From the NCBI GenBank assembly GCA_965649765.1, contig OZ287756.1:930001-994000 (forward strand): a DNA stretch of 64,000 nucleotides. The letters are read 5' to 3'. Source of the DNA: Bispira polyomma (Eukaryota). The stretch's first letter is position 1. Each line of letters begins with the position of its first letter. The notes below the pieces were generated by a model, which did not search any database, was not told the origin of the DNA, and worked only from the letters and a program-made list of their open reading frames with translations. A program made the position numbers and the translations under genes. Below are positions 38,727 to 52,290 of this stretch, in pieces.

Positions 38727-39564
38727 AACTAGACCTAGCGCATCGGAGAACTGATGCATATTTGTATCCACCGGAAAAACAAAGGTAGCAAGTACCCTAG
38801 CTAGCACCCAAGCCAGAAGCCTATCATTTCCAAGTGACTTTCACATTACAAACCTGTGGGACCAATAATAAGTTTGAGATAGGCACTTTAAAGTCTGGCC
38901 TACCCGTTTGACCTTGCACGAGGGTCCAGGATCTAAACTGACCACAGCAAAATAATACCAGTCCATGATTTTCAATAAGTTGGTTTCACACCCCAAATCT
39001 CTATGACCAATAATAAGCCAGATATGGTTTTTTTTAAAGCTTGACCAAGACTGACTTTAAACAAGAGGCCCAAGGTCAAATCGGACAACATGAAAAGATT
39101 CCCACGACTTGATTGCTTACAGGTTGGCTTGATATTCCAAACCTCTAGAACCAATAATGAGTGAGATATAGGCACTTTTAAGTTTGGCCATCCACATGTT
39201 GACCTTGAACGAGGGGCCCAGAGTCAAATCGGACCACATCAAAAGATTCCTAGGCCATGATTTCCTATAGGTTGGTTTTAACATTCAAAACCTGTTTTAC
39301 CAAAAATAAGCAAAATATAGGCACTCCTAAGTTTGGGCAAAAACAGTCACTTGGGGTACTTTAGCACTCTGTCGATGATAGTCAAAATGAGACCAAAATT
39401 ACTCCTAGGCAAGCTTTTGTAATAAAGAACATTTGCTGTAAATTTCAGGAGCCTAGGTTAAAAGTTTTCCCAGGAGAGCGGTAACGGTAAAATCTCTACA
39501 CACACTGATGCGGCATAACAAAGCGAAATCCAATGTATCCACTGGAGTTTTTCGATGGATACAA
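38727..39564 (-). mobile_element. Non-autonomous Helitron2/Helentron with internal ~145-bp tandem repeats
   Basis: On the - strand: 5' inverted pair tgtatcca...tggataca, 3' subterminal tccggtggatacaa, hairpin gcatc...gatgc, then CTAG-tt. Internal unit (gatataggcactttaagtttgg...ttgacctt) x~4. Confidence 0.8.
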
Positions 39565-39720
39565 TTATCCTTCCCAAGCAAAATTTTGAATGTACATGTA
39601 TATAGACAAAACTGGTGAAGTCGTCTATATTCAGACTGGTGTGAATATAGAAGACTTACAAGTTTACAGGTATAATCTAAAATAAAGTCAAATACAATCC
39701 GTCAAAATACAGCAACTTAC

Positions 39721-39866
39721 CTTTAAGCATATATATGACATTACAGCGCTCCACACTGCTATGATGACCACAGTAAGTGTCTGTACCCCAAGGAGATAAG
39801 GCTTGCCCGTCTTGATTAGGCCACCTGTTCCGGGAAGTAAAGTCTCATGTTCAGGGGTGAACAGAC
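39721..39866 (-). CDS. amt: Ammonium transporter exon (TM11)
   Basis: GLFTPEH...GGLIKTGKPYLLGVQTLTVVIIAVWSAVMSYICLK; canonical splice sites. Confidence 0.93.
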
Positions 39867-40174
39867 CTAAAAGTCATCATAACATGTACCTATATAAGGT
39901 TATATAAAGGTATGGTATAAAGAGCTTTGGATGTTATATGACTTTTCAGAACTAACCAATTCAAAGACACGCTAATAAGATACATTTAAGACGCTTGGTT
40001 ATCTAGATATATCAAACATTTTATACACCATAAAATATTTCCCCAAATCTAAAAAAATCATGTAGTAAAGCATGTATGTCAGGATATTTGAGTATTGATG
40101 TAATTTGCAATACCTTCGATGTCGCTTCAGGGTAGCCAAAGGATTAGTTGTTTAAATGTAAAGATGTAAACCTG

Positions 40175-40871
40175 GGGCCTGTAAATTGGAGTCCTCGTTA
40201 CACTAACGATTTTGTCAGGTCTTGGTTAAGGCTTAGTTCGCAAAGTTTTGTGTAAATAGAAGCCTTAGTTAGTTTACTGTTGGTTAACTTTGTTCGTAAA
40301 ACCCCAAAATTGAATGACCCTGTCATTAGCTATTAGTTACACCATATATTCACCAATAAATCAATGAAAACAATGGCAAAGAGCCAGAAAAAAAAATTGA
40401 TGCCCAATTATGGACTATATTTGACTTTCTAGGTTAAAACAGTCTGTAAAAATCAAGCAAGGTAACACTTATTCACGTCTTTATATGGCCAATGCACCCA
40501 TACATATTTGTCATGATATCTGTCAGCAGATTTGTTGGGAAATGTACATGTTCATTGTGTTTTATGTATATTTTAAAGTTTTAGATATATGATAATTCAA
40601 CTTATTGGTACACTATATGAATCAATAACTCTGTGTAAGACATTTAAAATCTTGGTGTTTGTTTAAAGGGGTATAATTTCTACATTTATGTTATAACCAC
40701 ATCATAAGGTGCCGTACTATCACATTAGTTAGCCCTTCATTTGGACTGAACTAACGAAAACCTAAGCAATGGTTTCCATTTACCCACAGAGTTGTTTGGT
40801 TACTGCCTGGTAGTTTTGTCATTACACGTTCGTTAGTTGGCATTTTAACAAAGGTTTTGATTTACAGGGCC
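40175..40871 (-). mobile_element. MITE copy 2, inverted relative to copy 1
   Basis: 40700-40874 is the reverse complement of 37890-38050, and 40310-40560 of 38285-38540. Confidence 0.85.
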
Positions 40872-40949
40872 CAGATCAATCATCATATTTAATAATCAAC
40901 ATTAAACTATATTATCGGTAATACCACTTATTCATTGAAGAATTTGTTC

Positions 40950-41860
40950 AATGTAATTGTAATTAGACTTTTATAGCACTTAATCTCTCCTTTAAGAAGG
41001 GGACACTAAGGTGCAACAGCACCAAGACAGTGAATCAATTTTAATATCAAGGGACAGAAAAAAGGTCAATCACCACAGAGAATGCCAGGGGGTGATTAAG
41101 ACTAAGGTGGGTATGCCTTGGTGTACAGGTGGGTTTTTAAGCTGCTTTCTAAAAGAGGCTGGAGAGGGGGACGCACAAATCACATCAGTAACAGCATTCC
41201 AAACAATGGTAGCATTAAAACCAAATCTATAACTAAACTGTTTAACTGTCTTTTAAGTAGACGGGTAGAACTTTGGAACAACAAGGATATTACCATGACT
41301 CTGACTGTGCCCGGTACTGTAAGAGGAAAAATATGGGGCAAAATAATTGAAGAAACTGATCAAGTGTGGCTGTTTTAAACACTGAACGCTGTTCAACAGG
41401 AAGTTAATGCAATTTCTTAAGAACTGGAGTTATACTGGTGTATCGACTGGTGTTTGACAGAATTCTAGCTGCACTATTTTGAACACATTGCAATTTGCGC
41501 AGATTGAACCTGGAGAGATTTCTAAAAAGTGAATTACAGTAATCCTACCGACAACTGACAAAAGCATTAGCAACGAGTATAGAAGCATCATGAGTAACAA
41601 ACCGTCGAAGTTGCACAAAACACATTAAAAAAAGGAAAAATTAGAGCCGAACCACACGCTCAGGTTGACTTTATCAGCTGGGCAGAAGGGGCTACCCAGG
41701 ATGGCAATTAGGAAACATGCTTTCAACTTCTCTCACTGTCTTTTTGAACCAAAGAATATAAACTCAAATATAGGAATAAAAAATACAAACGAGTGCTTTA
41801 TGCGCATTTTAAACGATCGATGGGGTAGATTTAATGCACGAAGCCCGAAAAAATGGTAAA
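40950..41860 (-). mobile_element. Decayed L2/Crack-type LINE 3' fragment
   Basis: Reverse tail gcaccttag...taagtgctataaaagtctaattac; broken-frame VWNA.../FRKQLKTHL and RIQN-like segments. Confidence 0.75.
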
Positions 41861-41889
41861 CCAATAATGTTATAAACTAACAGAGATTT

Positions 41890-44135
41890 CTTACCTAAAA
41901 TGTACAAGCCACGGTCCCATTGTTATGGCTGTTCCATCATATAAACACACATGAAAACTGAGTCGCAAAACAAAACCCCTTCAAAATTTTGTGGGAAAAC
42001 ATACCTATAAGGTAGGACATAATATTCATGAAAAATAAACCTCAAGTACATGAAAACACCAAAACAGTAACAAAACACTTTATTTGTAGATATACAGCAT
42101 GAAGGTAAACATTATTATACAGAACTTAACATATGTACACAAAATCTTTCAAAAAGTCTATTTATTTTCCGAAATTAAAGTTTATTGTGAAATGTCCTCC
42201 AGTGATGGTGTTTCCTTCAAAAATTTTACTGGCCACTTCTGACCCCATAGATTTCTGCTGAGATACCATATTGTAATTATACCATTTATTTTGATTCTCC
42301 TTTAAGCTTTCATTTGGGCTACATTTCTCAGCTGAGCTTGATTTCTCATATGATCCACTTTGTGCCTCTATGACAGAACTATTCTCAGATTTTCCATAAC
42401 CATGCAAAACATTGCTCATTTGTTTTCTCTGCTTATTGCCAGTACTGGAAACATAGGGTAAGAGGCTTTGGGGATCTTTATGGCCGGTTACTGATATTAT
42501 AAAGTTGGAATGGGCTAAGACAGTACTTGTTGTTGCTCTAATGCAGTGGTTAGTGTAAAGCTTGCTCAATCCTGCATTTTGGAAAATAACTTTCATTTTG
42601 TTTGAAATCGTATTAACTCCAACTGCTTTGTTACAGTACCATATCAACTGGGTTTCTAACTTTGTGCCTGATCTGGGCTTTTGAAAAAAAGAATAATTCT
42701 CGGGGTGTAATTTGCTCAAGTATAGTTTTAATGATTTGACTGGACAGTTTGGATCTGCTGGCAAAGAATACATTCTCTGATCGGTTTCCCTTCCCTTAGA
42801 ATCGGTACCCTGATTTTTTTTGTTTTTTCATTGAAATTTAATGTTACATACTCAACATTTGGGTCTTGGTCGTCTGCTACAAATTCAAAGGAACTCTTCC
42901 TGAATGAAGGCCCTCCCTTCCCCTTCTACCAAAATGAAGGCACAATTAAAAAAATACCTTGTTTTGGAGAGCAAGAGGGTTACTAGTGCCCAAGACCCCA
43001 GAGCTATACATTTTGTCTATATCCCCAGAGGAGATAGCACTTTTGTGCTTGGTAACATCCAAACTGTTAGATCTATATAACTTTACACAGCCTGTTAATA
43101 TTTTATTGGACGAAATAAATTCTCTGTCAATAACAATGTTTATTATTCGGTTCCAAGGAGGGCTCTGGAGATATCTGTTCAGGCCAGCTCTAATCCCTAT
43201 CAGGGATGACCTTGAATAAGTCCCTGCTTTCTGAGGATTGACCTCGCCATAAAACTGTTGCAGCTTGAAAGCCAAGTCCTCAGCAGATAGCTGCTCAAAT
43301 TCCAGTTGGTCACAATGCTCTGCTAGCCAATCTGAATATCACAAAAATTAAAATCGCATCATTGAATGTGAGCAATAATTGCAAATCTCATAATTTAGGT
43401 AAATAAAACAATATTGCCGGAAAAAATTTGAAAATTCAGACAAACCTTTGAACAGCTTGACAGCCCATTTGGTGGAATAGGTAGTGGTGGTTTCATTATT
43501 TGCTGCAGCTATCTTATCCAAATCATCTACTTCAAGTTTGGTATGCCTTTGCCCGAGGAATTGACTGGTACTTGAAGTCTCACCACCATCCAAATGGTCA
43601 TCTGACAGACCTACTAACTCACTGATGCCCATATCAAAGGTTATATTTTCCTGTGGTGCCTCTTCCAAATCAGATAATAATCCAAGTGTCTCTAGATCAT
43701 TTTTTTGCAACATATTTTTAGTAGTCATAACTGTCTCCCCAGTGTCGATGTCCCATATCTTGTAGGTATTAAATTCAATATCATTCTTTTTAATCTCTAA
43801 AATCACACAATCTCTTCCATTAAACTTTACAATTTCCGATGAGAAATAATTTAATGGAGAACCAACATTTTTGTCCTTTTTTTGCATATTTTCACTGTTT
43901 TCCATCTTTAGTTAGTACGTACGTAATGCAGACGATATTAGTATTCGCGCATTTTACCGGTGTCCGAAATCGTACACATTTACAAAAATTTGGTTACCAG
44001 CCGAAATATTTGTACGGCTAGGGACTAACTCACGAGGATGGAACAGCCACACTTTATCTAGGCTGTTTTATACAGAATTTATACATTGCGCAAAAGACGT
44101 CCTTACGGGCGTTGCGCAGCCTACCATTTTAGAAT
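41890..44135 (-). mobile_element. Crypton-type YR DNA transposon (DUF3504/ZMYM-QRICH1-like), decayed, inside an amt intron
   Basis: TKWAVKLFK-DW, FYGEV...YSRSSL..IRAGLNRYL, CPVKSLKLYLSK, TNHCIRAT, TGHK and LPY. One intron at 43332-43445; stop at 42946 and frameshifts. Subterminal inverted tggctgttccatc (~41925) / gatggaacagcca (~44037). Ends are approximate. Confidence 0.88.
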
Positions 44136-44571
44136 GCTAATTAAAGTTGATATATATCTTAATGATATTTTAGTAGTATATATTATAAGGCCATATATAA
44201 TTATGTGTTGTCTATATAAGTACCTTATGCATGAGTCATATGTGCCAATGTTTACTGATGAACTTGCTATAACTATAAGAATTTATCTGGTAAATGTTAC
44301 CATCTGTTGAGCAATTGCAAAACATTGCATTAATACCATGTCGTTTAAGTATCGACTTCTAATAGGCAAGCCATTTAATCATTGTACTAGCAAATGTTAA
44401 GGCTTGTCAAATATCATGGTAATGTTAGTAAATGTAGTGTAAATCTGGGATGAAAAACCTGTGGTGTCCAATAATGTTTAGAGCTTGATAATATGAACAG
44501 AAGGAAATGTAGCAGGAATGTGTTAGAGAGACTGTAGAGGAAGTAAATGTGGTTACCCAAGACAGACTTAC

Positions 44572-44736
44572 CCACAGTCAGAAGTCCCCATATTGCACAT
44601 GTTAAATGGACAGGAATCACACCCACAGGGTCATCAATATTGAGCTTCAATAGCAGTAACTCGGTAGCACTAGTGAGTGCTGGAGCAATACAGCCTATAG
44701 CAAAGGCTTCCCATGGTAGACACAGGGTACAGACAG
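44572..44736 (-). CDS. amt: Ammonium transporter exon (TM9-10, second pore His)
   Basis: PWEAFAIG...IDDPVGVIPVHLTCAIWGLLTVG; canonical splice sites. Confidence 0.95.
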
Positions 44737-44819
44737 CTGAAGTATAGTATACATACATCGTAAATATAGGCTATAGACAGCTAAAATCTAGGTACATATA
44801 ACTAAACTATATGATACAG

Positions 44820-45400
44820 TTAGCAGAAATAGAGGTACAGACAGCTTAAAAAGGTACAAATAACTGGAATATAGGGTATTGATAGCCAAAATACAAGGTA
44901 CAGATTGCTAAAATATGGATTACAGATAACTGACATATAGGTACAAATAGTTGACATATAGGTACAGATGGCTGACATATGGAGTACAGATAGCTGACAT
45001 ATAGGTACAGATAGCTGACATATAGGTACAGATAGCTGACATAAAGGTACAGATAACTGACATATGGAGTACAGATAGCTGACATATAGGTACAGATAGC
45101 TGACATATAGGTACAGATAACTGACATATGGAGTACAGATAGCTGACATATAGAGGTACAGATAGCTGACATATAGAGGTACAGATAGGTGACATATAGG
45201 TACAGATAGCTGACATATAGAAGTACAGAAAGATAAAAATGTAGGGAAAAGACGGTTGAAATGAAAGATGAAATCTAGAAAAAAAAAGTGAAGACAATTT
45301 GAATATAGTATACAGCTGAAAAGTAGGGAAGCAGCTACAATTATCCAATATGGCACAGACAATTATCCAATATGGTACAGACAACTGAAACATATAGGCC
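44820..45400. repeat. 21-23-bp minisatellite derived from the amt acceptor junction
   Basis: Unit ggtacagatagctgacatata versus the true junction ggtacagacagctgaagtata near 44726-44746. Confidence 0.9.
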
Positions 45401-46619
45401 ACGTACAACTAACATAGAGTAAAAGCACCTGAAATATAGGATTCATAGACTTTATTTATATGGTTTACATATACCAAAAATATGGGGTACAGAAAAATAG
45501 AAAAGCAGGACAAACCATCAAACATCACAACCATCAGTAATACATAGACCTGTCAGCTTTAGGAAAATTATTAAATGATTCTATGGAAATATAATTAAGC
45601 ATTGTCATCAGCATAATATCAGTTTTATGCTCGTTTAAGTAGGCCTTAAAATATACAGCTAATAAGCCATAGTAACGATGATTAGCTTATATATAGAAAC
45701 TCATGGGCATCGACATGAGGTCATCACTATATATGTTGTTGGGTAGTGTGCTATGTTTAATGAAACATATAGTTCATTTGTACTCAAAGTACATTTTTGT
45801 TTTATAATATACAAACATGATAGGAACAAACAAAAACAGGAAAAAAAACAATAAAAAAAAACAAAAAAAAAACATAATATGTACATAATAAAGAATACTA
45901 CATGTTATATCATACTGTACATATGTATTTTAATATCTCATTTATTTCCTGATGGGTTAAAAAAGTATTTTCATCTTCCATCAGACTTAATAGGTCCTGT
46001 ATAATATTTATATGTACAACATCATCAACACTAAGCTTTTCATTCTCACAACAAAGGTTTTCATTATAATTAGAGTAATCACTTTGCATGCCTAGATTCT
46101 TCTATTTTCGACCACTAGTGGGTGTTTTTATACAAACTGTTGGAAATGTCTCAATAAGCTCCCGACATTATGTTTCTTTTTTTGGTTTTATGTTTATTAC
46201 TTTAGGTTCATTTTTAGTTTTCTTTGGAAGTTTATTTCAGGGTTTTTCAACATTTGTCTTCTCAAATTCAAAATCGCGTGTTCTACGGTTGGTACATACT
46301 AAGATATAGAGGTTAGATCTAAGGACTGCATTTCCTCATCACTAATGTGTGACCTCAGACCAATGATTATCACAGTAACCAGGTGTTTATTTGACAGATG
46401 AGCAAAGTTGTATTACCACCATTAAAACTAATGTAGTGGACTGTACCTTTAGTATTGTGGCCATTAGTGTCAATATGTTATTACTGTGTGGTGGAACACA
46501 TACACACAACACTTGATAATGTGTAGCAATGACCAAATATGGAATGTACAAAAGCCCTACTTCAGTTGATATCATTGTACACCACATACCTTTGGTAGGA
46601 TCATTAGATCCACAACTCC

Positions 46620-47173
46620 TTGGCACATATTGTGACCAAAACATCTAAATTTTCCCACATTACTCCTGTACTGAAGTCACTGCACTGGCTCCCAATAAAA
46701 TATCGTGTTGCTTTCAAAACAGCAACAATAATATATAAATTTCTAAATTCTGGATTACCCACTTATTTTAGCCCCCATCTATCCAAATATACATGCTCAG
46801 TCAGGACTAGGCGCAGTAACCCTGATAAATTATACCTTAACATTCCCACTTTCGACCCTCGCATCCACAAATCCAAAGTTCAGTTCAATCACTGCCTAGC
46901 TCATGATGGCCCCCTCATTTGGAACAGCCTACCTGATCATGTTCGCCTGGCTCAAACTTTCTCCTCTTTCAGGAGTAAGCTGAAGGCCTATCTTTTTGAA
47001 CAGGCTTTTCCACCTTAGCCGTCGCAACCATCTACGGTAGTCTCCCTGGTTACGACTTCCATCCGCCCACTATTTTTGATTTGCGATTAACGTTTTGGGT
47101 TTGTTGCGCCTTAGAATTTGTTGTACAAAGATTAAGCGCTATAAAAGTACGACTAGATTAGATTAGATTAGAT
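46620..47173 (+). mobile_element. 5'-truncated L2/Crack-type LINE
   Basis: HITPVLKSLHWLPI...WNSLP...FRSKLKAYLF, 3' stem-loop and (TAGAT)n tail. Confidence 0.92.
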
Positions 47174-47626
47174 TCCACATAGTCTTTAACAATGTCGCTT
47201 TGACACAATTTTGTATTCCAATTAATTCTCAGTACATTGTTATACCTTTGATCTGATATTTAAAGTGCTACTTAATCTTCTCTGTACTTTCGTAAGTACA
47301 GTCAGCTAGCACCAATAATTAGCATTCCATTGACTGACGAGAAAGGCTTGAGACTGTCCAATTATAAATGTTCCTAAGTCTCTTCAGTCTGTGATCCTTG
47401 ATGGGACTCAAATGACCACTATTTTAACTGGTAATCCAAGCCATTATGTAGCTGCATCCACCTGGCCACCTCAGGTTGGGATCGAACCCAGATTGTCTGT
47501 GTTACTAAGTGAGTGTGATACCCAAAATGTTATCCATAATCCAACCGTTAAAAAAAACATATTTCAATCTGTTATATGACAGGGAGAAGTTCTTATTACA
47601 GCATATTTCTGAGAGTGAAATTATGG

Positions 47627-49592
47627 TCCAGTCATTACACGTAATGACTGAAAGTATATTGAGCAGACAATAATATTATATATTATGATCACATATTTGT
47701 AATAAGAATTATGTGTAATAAGAAATGAAACAAAAAGAATAAATATGAGCTGGTGTTTATTACACACTGACATAGACATGCAATAAAGCATAAAACGTGT
47801 AACATAAAACATATAACTTGTTAAAATATGGAAAAAACACTCCTGTATTGCTGCCTATCAGTAATAAGCATGACATATCTACCATTAGTTCTACATATTA
47901 TTTGTATAAATTTGGTTAATTTACCAAGAATAAAGAAAACTGGTTAATTCTATTAGTTTCCCATTTAATGTTTTCACTTACAGCTGCCTGTAGAGGAATT
48001 GTTCTGGTCTGATTAACATCTGTTTCTTTCAGTAAGACATGTGGGCAAATATCAAACTGATTGCTAGAAAAATCTCCTTTATATGGCACCTGCCCAGACA
48101 CAGATGGTGTACTGGTCATTTTCATTACGACTTACAATGACACCAAGAATATTTCTGGAATCTCCACGACCTCTGTCCATAAGGAGGATTTGAACTGCAA
48201 CATTATCTCCAGGCTGTCCGGAAGGTAGCTCTACTTTGCTTCTTTTGACCCTCCAGTCAGCTTGAAGCCATTGAGAAGGAGTTGCTTCACTCCTTTCTGT
48301 GATAATGTTGGTTATCCGGGCATCCAGGATTTCATTATTTTCTGTAGACATTGCAGAACTCATAATTGGTGGTTCAGAGAATTCACGTAAAGCCGAGAGT
48401 GGAGGCGAGTACTGACATTTCCTAGGATCTGCAGCTGGTCTCATCTTTATAGGATGGCAATATTTGAAGATCATCATTGGGGGTGGCAGAGTGGGTTGTT
48501 TTCTCGCACTTGGTTTAGGGATGGGATCTGGTTGTTCCACCATTTCAGCCATTGAGGTTATCTCTGAATGATCTGGACCACGTAAAGCAGCTAAAAGATC
48601 GTCTTCACTATGCATTCTTTCAACTATCTCAGTTGGGAGGATGTGGACAATCCGACTTTGGCATCACAACCAAACATGGCAGTGTAGGGGGATCTTTGAA
48701 TTCCAGCATGTAAGCTAGAATTTTAAATGACTCTGCCATTATAACAATTTACACCAAATTATGTGTAACAGTTATATTAGACAAGTCATATTGAGGGGCT
48801 ATTCATACTCAAAAGTGTACTCCGGGTTGAGTTGGGGCTCAGCTAAATGCCTACTCAGGAGGATTAGGAGGACCTTTATGTGAAATATCCAACTAAATTC
48901 TCACTCAGGTAACAACACAAATAAGACAATTACAAAAGAAGGTATATCCTGAATTGCACTTAAAGCTATACCAGTGGACAAGATTAACTTCAACTACTTC
49001 TGGTTTCTTTGAACTTAGATTTCAAATAAAAACACACAAACATCAGAGAATTGGCCTTTTTAAAAATCAAACAAGTTACATTTAGAATTCACTTTTGGAG
49101 GACAATCTAAGAAATATTTATAAATTTGATCTTGTCATTAAGACAATATATAACCCCACTTGAGATACTTATAATGCATAAAATAATGTTAATTCACACA
49201 ATATAATTCACATCTGAGATACTTGTGTTGCATGAAATATTTATGAGTATAAACAATCCTTCATAGAATTTAAGTCCAACTGTTGCTGCTGAAAAGTTAC
49301 AGAAATAGGGTTGTGCATTTAAATATTCAAAGACATACTATATTGACTTAACACATCTTATCACAGTAAACTATTACAAACACCATTACACAGATTGAAT
49401 GAAATTTTATAATACTTATTAGACAATCTGCGTAAAAACTATTACCAACACCATTACACAGATTGACTGAAATCAAAATTTACTGATTAGTCAATCTGTG
49501 TAAAAATGAACCATTAATTTCAGTCATTACGCGAAATGACTGGAAATTTTAATCATTACGCGTACTGACTGGTTTCACTGACTGACTGTAAC
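47627..49592 (-). mobile_element. Relic of a Ginger2/KRBA2-SCAND3-like integrase DNA transposon
   Basis: GIQRSPYTAMFG and GDNVAVQI..DRGRGD.RNILGVI motifs (47950-48710). Imperfect inverted ends ccagtcattacacgtaatgactgaaa (~47628) versus ~49546-49573; right end reads ...gtaaca. Confidence 0.7.
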
Positions 49593-49690
49593 AGTGCCAT
49601 TAACAAAGAACAGATTTACCCCTTATTGCTAAATATTGGTAGGACCGGCCCTCTGTATGTATGTATATATTTCTGACACTTTATACTTAC

Positions 49691-49782
49691 ACGTAATTGA
49701 CACCAATGCCCCCAGCACACCACTAACGATCGTTCCAACATCGTATTTACTGTTTCGCTTTAGAACACGGTTGATCAACCAG
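49691..49782 (-). CDS. amt: Ammonium transporter exon (TM8)
   Basis: WLINRVLKRNSKYDVGTIVSGVLGALVSIT; canonical splice sites. Confidence 0.93.
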
Positions 49783-51089
49783 CTGTAAACATATAAACAA
49801 AGGGGAAGTTCAAATAGTTATAAAACAGTGCTTTAATTAAACATTTAGGGACAATTTACTGCAATAACAATTAAACCACTTTAAAATATACGCTGTTTTA
49901 ATGGTTTGAGACTGTTGATCAAGGTTTGTTCAATACAAATCTATAATCTTTATAGTGACATTTTAAGGTGGTGTAACCTAATCTAACTTATATATATATT
50001 CATCTCCGTACTAATACGATGAGACAGGAAAATACTTTTCATAATTTCAAATAACATTTGGACGATCGAAAATATTGACTGCGAAATATCAGGCAAACTC
50101 TCACTTGGTGACTTGGAGCGAAACAGAATAAATTCTGGTTTTAGGTGATCACTTCTAAGGGGAAGAAAAAGAGACAAATCATTTCTAAAAACTTGATCAT
50201 CAATACATTGTATGTAACCTTTGAAATAAACCAGGCCAATTGCTATACAAGACTTTTTTTCACTCTGCCCTACATACTTCCATAAATACTTAAAACAGTA
50301 CAAGTGCAGTGCTAATAAGCACTATCTATAACTCAAATGAAGGTTACACATGATAAAGGTTCATGTTTTATTACAGTTTTTGTCTTTTGATGATATTCTT
50401 CCTTGCGAACTGAACCTAATTTGCATCACCACACCACTTACATAACTTCAGTTGTTGACTGTTACCAGTCATTCTGGTGTATGTAAACAACAACACTTAC
50501 TACATCATAACCTTATATTTTAGTGTGCTCTTACTGTAACAGTTGGATAACAGCATTAACTAGCTATAGATACTCACTACAGTCATTTGTAATGCTGTAA
50601 AGGTGACCCCCACCTTTCTAAATCATACGCAGCCACAAATCTGTAAATAACTGACTTTCCTATCTGGTTATATATCTGCTCATTTACCTGTATGTTTTGT
50701 TCCTGTTGTCAACCATCACACATTGTGTGAGACACACAGACATGGTCCGATTACCTTGGCTTGTTGTGCTACTAACCTGGCTAAAGGCTTAATTTATTTG
50801 AGTAAATCTGGTGAGTTTAATCCAATCCATGTCACACTTTTGCCAGTGACTTCTACCTATATACTACAATTCCCATCTAAGTCTGGGAGATTGCGGCTAT
50901 CTTTATTCTAAATTTGAATTTCTGTTTAATCACAGATCTGTCATAATAATAAAGTTTTCGTGTGGTTAGTTTTCATGCATACATAGTAACGATAATTTAT
51001 AGTCACCTTATGTGACGTAATAAGTTCACTTAAGGAGGAACTCTTTCTGGGAACTGCTAATCAGTAGCAAATCATGTGTAACAAAATAT

Positions 51090-51320
51090 GACTGGCATTG
51101 TGGTGGGTAATATACTTGCATAGGAACACCGAGGACCTGGGTTTGATATCAGCCGGGAACTCCCAGGTACAGGCAGATAAACAGTGGCTCTGTTGACTAC
51201 TCCAAATGGTCGTGTCACCTGTCATTTGGACGTTATCCCCAGTCCCAGGTTAAAGAACCCTGAGGATGTGGAGTAATGGTGTTATTCCCAAGCCTCTGTC
51301 CCCAGATACAGATATGACAG
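51090..51320 (+). mobile_element. Degenerate tRNA-derived SINE
   Basis: tggcattgtggtgg A-box-like and gacctgggtttgatatc B-box-like segments; ttaaagaaccc core. Confidence 0.55.
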
Positions 51321-51888
51321 TCTCTGGGCCTGTTTGGTTGTACTTGTGGGTTAATACTGCCTTGAATACTACATAAAGTTAGATAAATGCGCCCAGTATA
51401 AAAAACATGCGAAAAGATTTTTATTTTGTTTTCATAGCCTTGAGCCTTGTGGAATACACAAATTGTAATTTCTCTTTTAAGTATGTTTTAGATGAAATAT
51501 TGAAGATTCCTCATTTTGAGTGTTGTTGAATGGAGCCTAATACCAGGCTGTTTTGTAGTCAGTATAGAGATCAGAGGATACTGCAGATATTAGGGTCAAT
51601 ATGGGCCGACTCGGCCTTTAATCAGCCTACTTCCTGTAGCCTTTCTGTGATAAGCTGTCGTTAGCCACTGGTGAACTAAGCACACCCAAAGCTCCCACAC
51701 AAATATGGTCATCCAATTGTAAACACAACGGAAAAAATAACCTCTATTTTCTTCTCAAACTTTTTTATAAAATCCAGGTTACATACACATATACATTGTC
51801 ACAACGTTATAAATAGAATTCCTACAAGAATACATTCCATTTACTAACAATAATCCTGGAAGAACATTAGATTGACTAACACTAATAG

Positions 51889-52290
51889 TGAGGTAAAGTG
51901 TATCATCCAGTTAACTCAACAACTCAAATTAGAGGTAAAGAGTATCATCCAGTTAACTCAACAACTCAAATTAGAGGTAAAGAGTATCATCCAGTTAACT
52001 CAACAACTCAAATTAGAGGTAAAGAGTATCATCCAGTTAACTCAACAACTCAAATTAGAGGTAAAGAGTATCATCCAGTTAACTCAACAACTCAAATTAG
52101 AGGTAAAGAGTATCATCCAGTTAACTCAACAACTCAAAATAGAGGTAAAGTGTATCATCTAGTTAACGCAACAACTCAAATAGTGGGGTAAAGTGTATCA
52201 TCCAGTTAACTCAACAACTCAAATTAAAGATAAAGAGTATCATTGACTGAACTCAACAACTCACACGGTGAGGTAAAGAGTATCATTGAG
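51889..52290. repeat. 42-bp minisatellite, ~9 copies
   Basis: Unit gaggtaaagagtatcatccagttaactcaacaactcaaatta. Confidence 0.97.

Noticed and set aside
44820-45408. Overlapping 108-180 aa ORFs (also 19131-19551 and 51872-52191)
   Set aside because: Artefacts of minisatellite periodicity.
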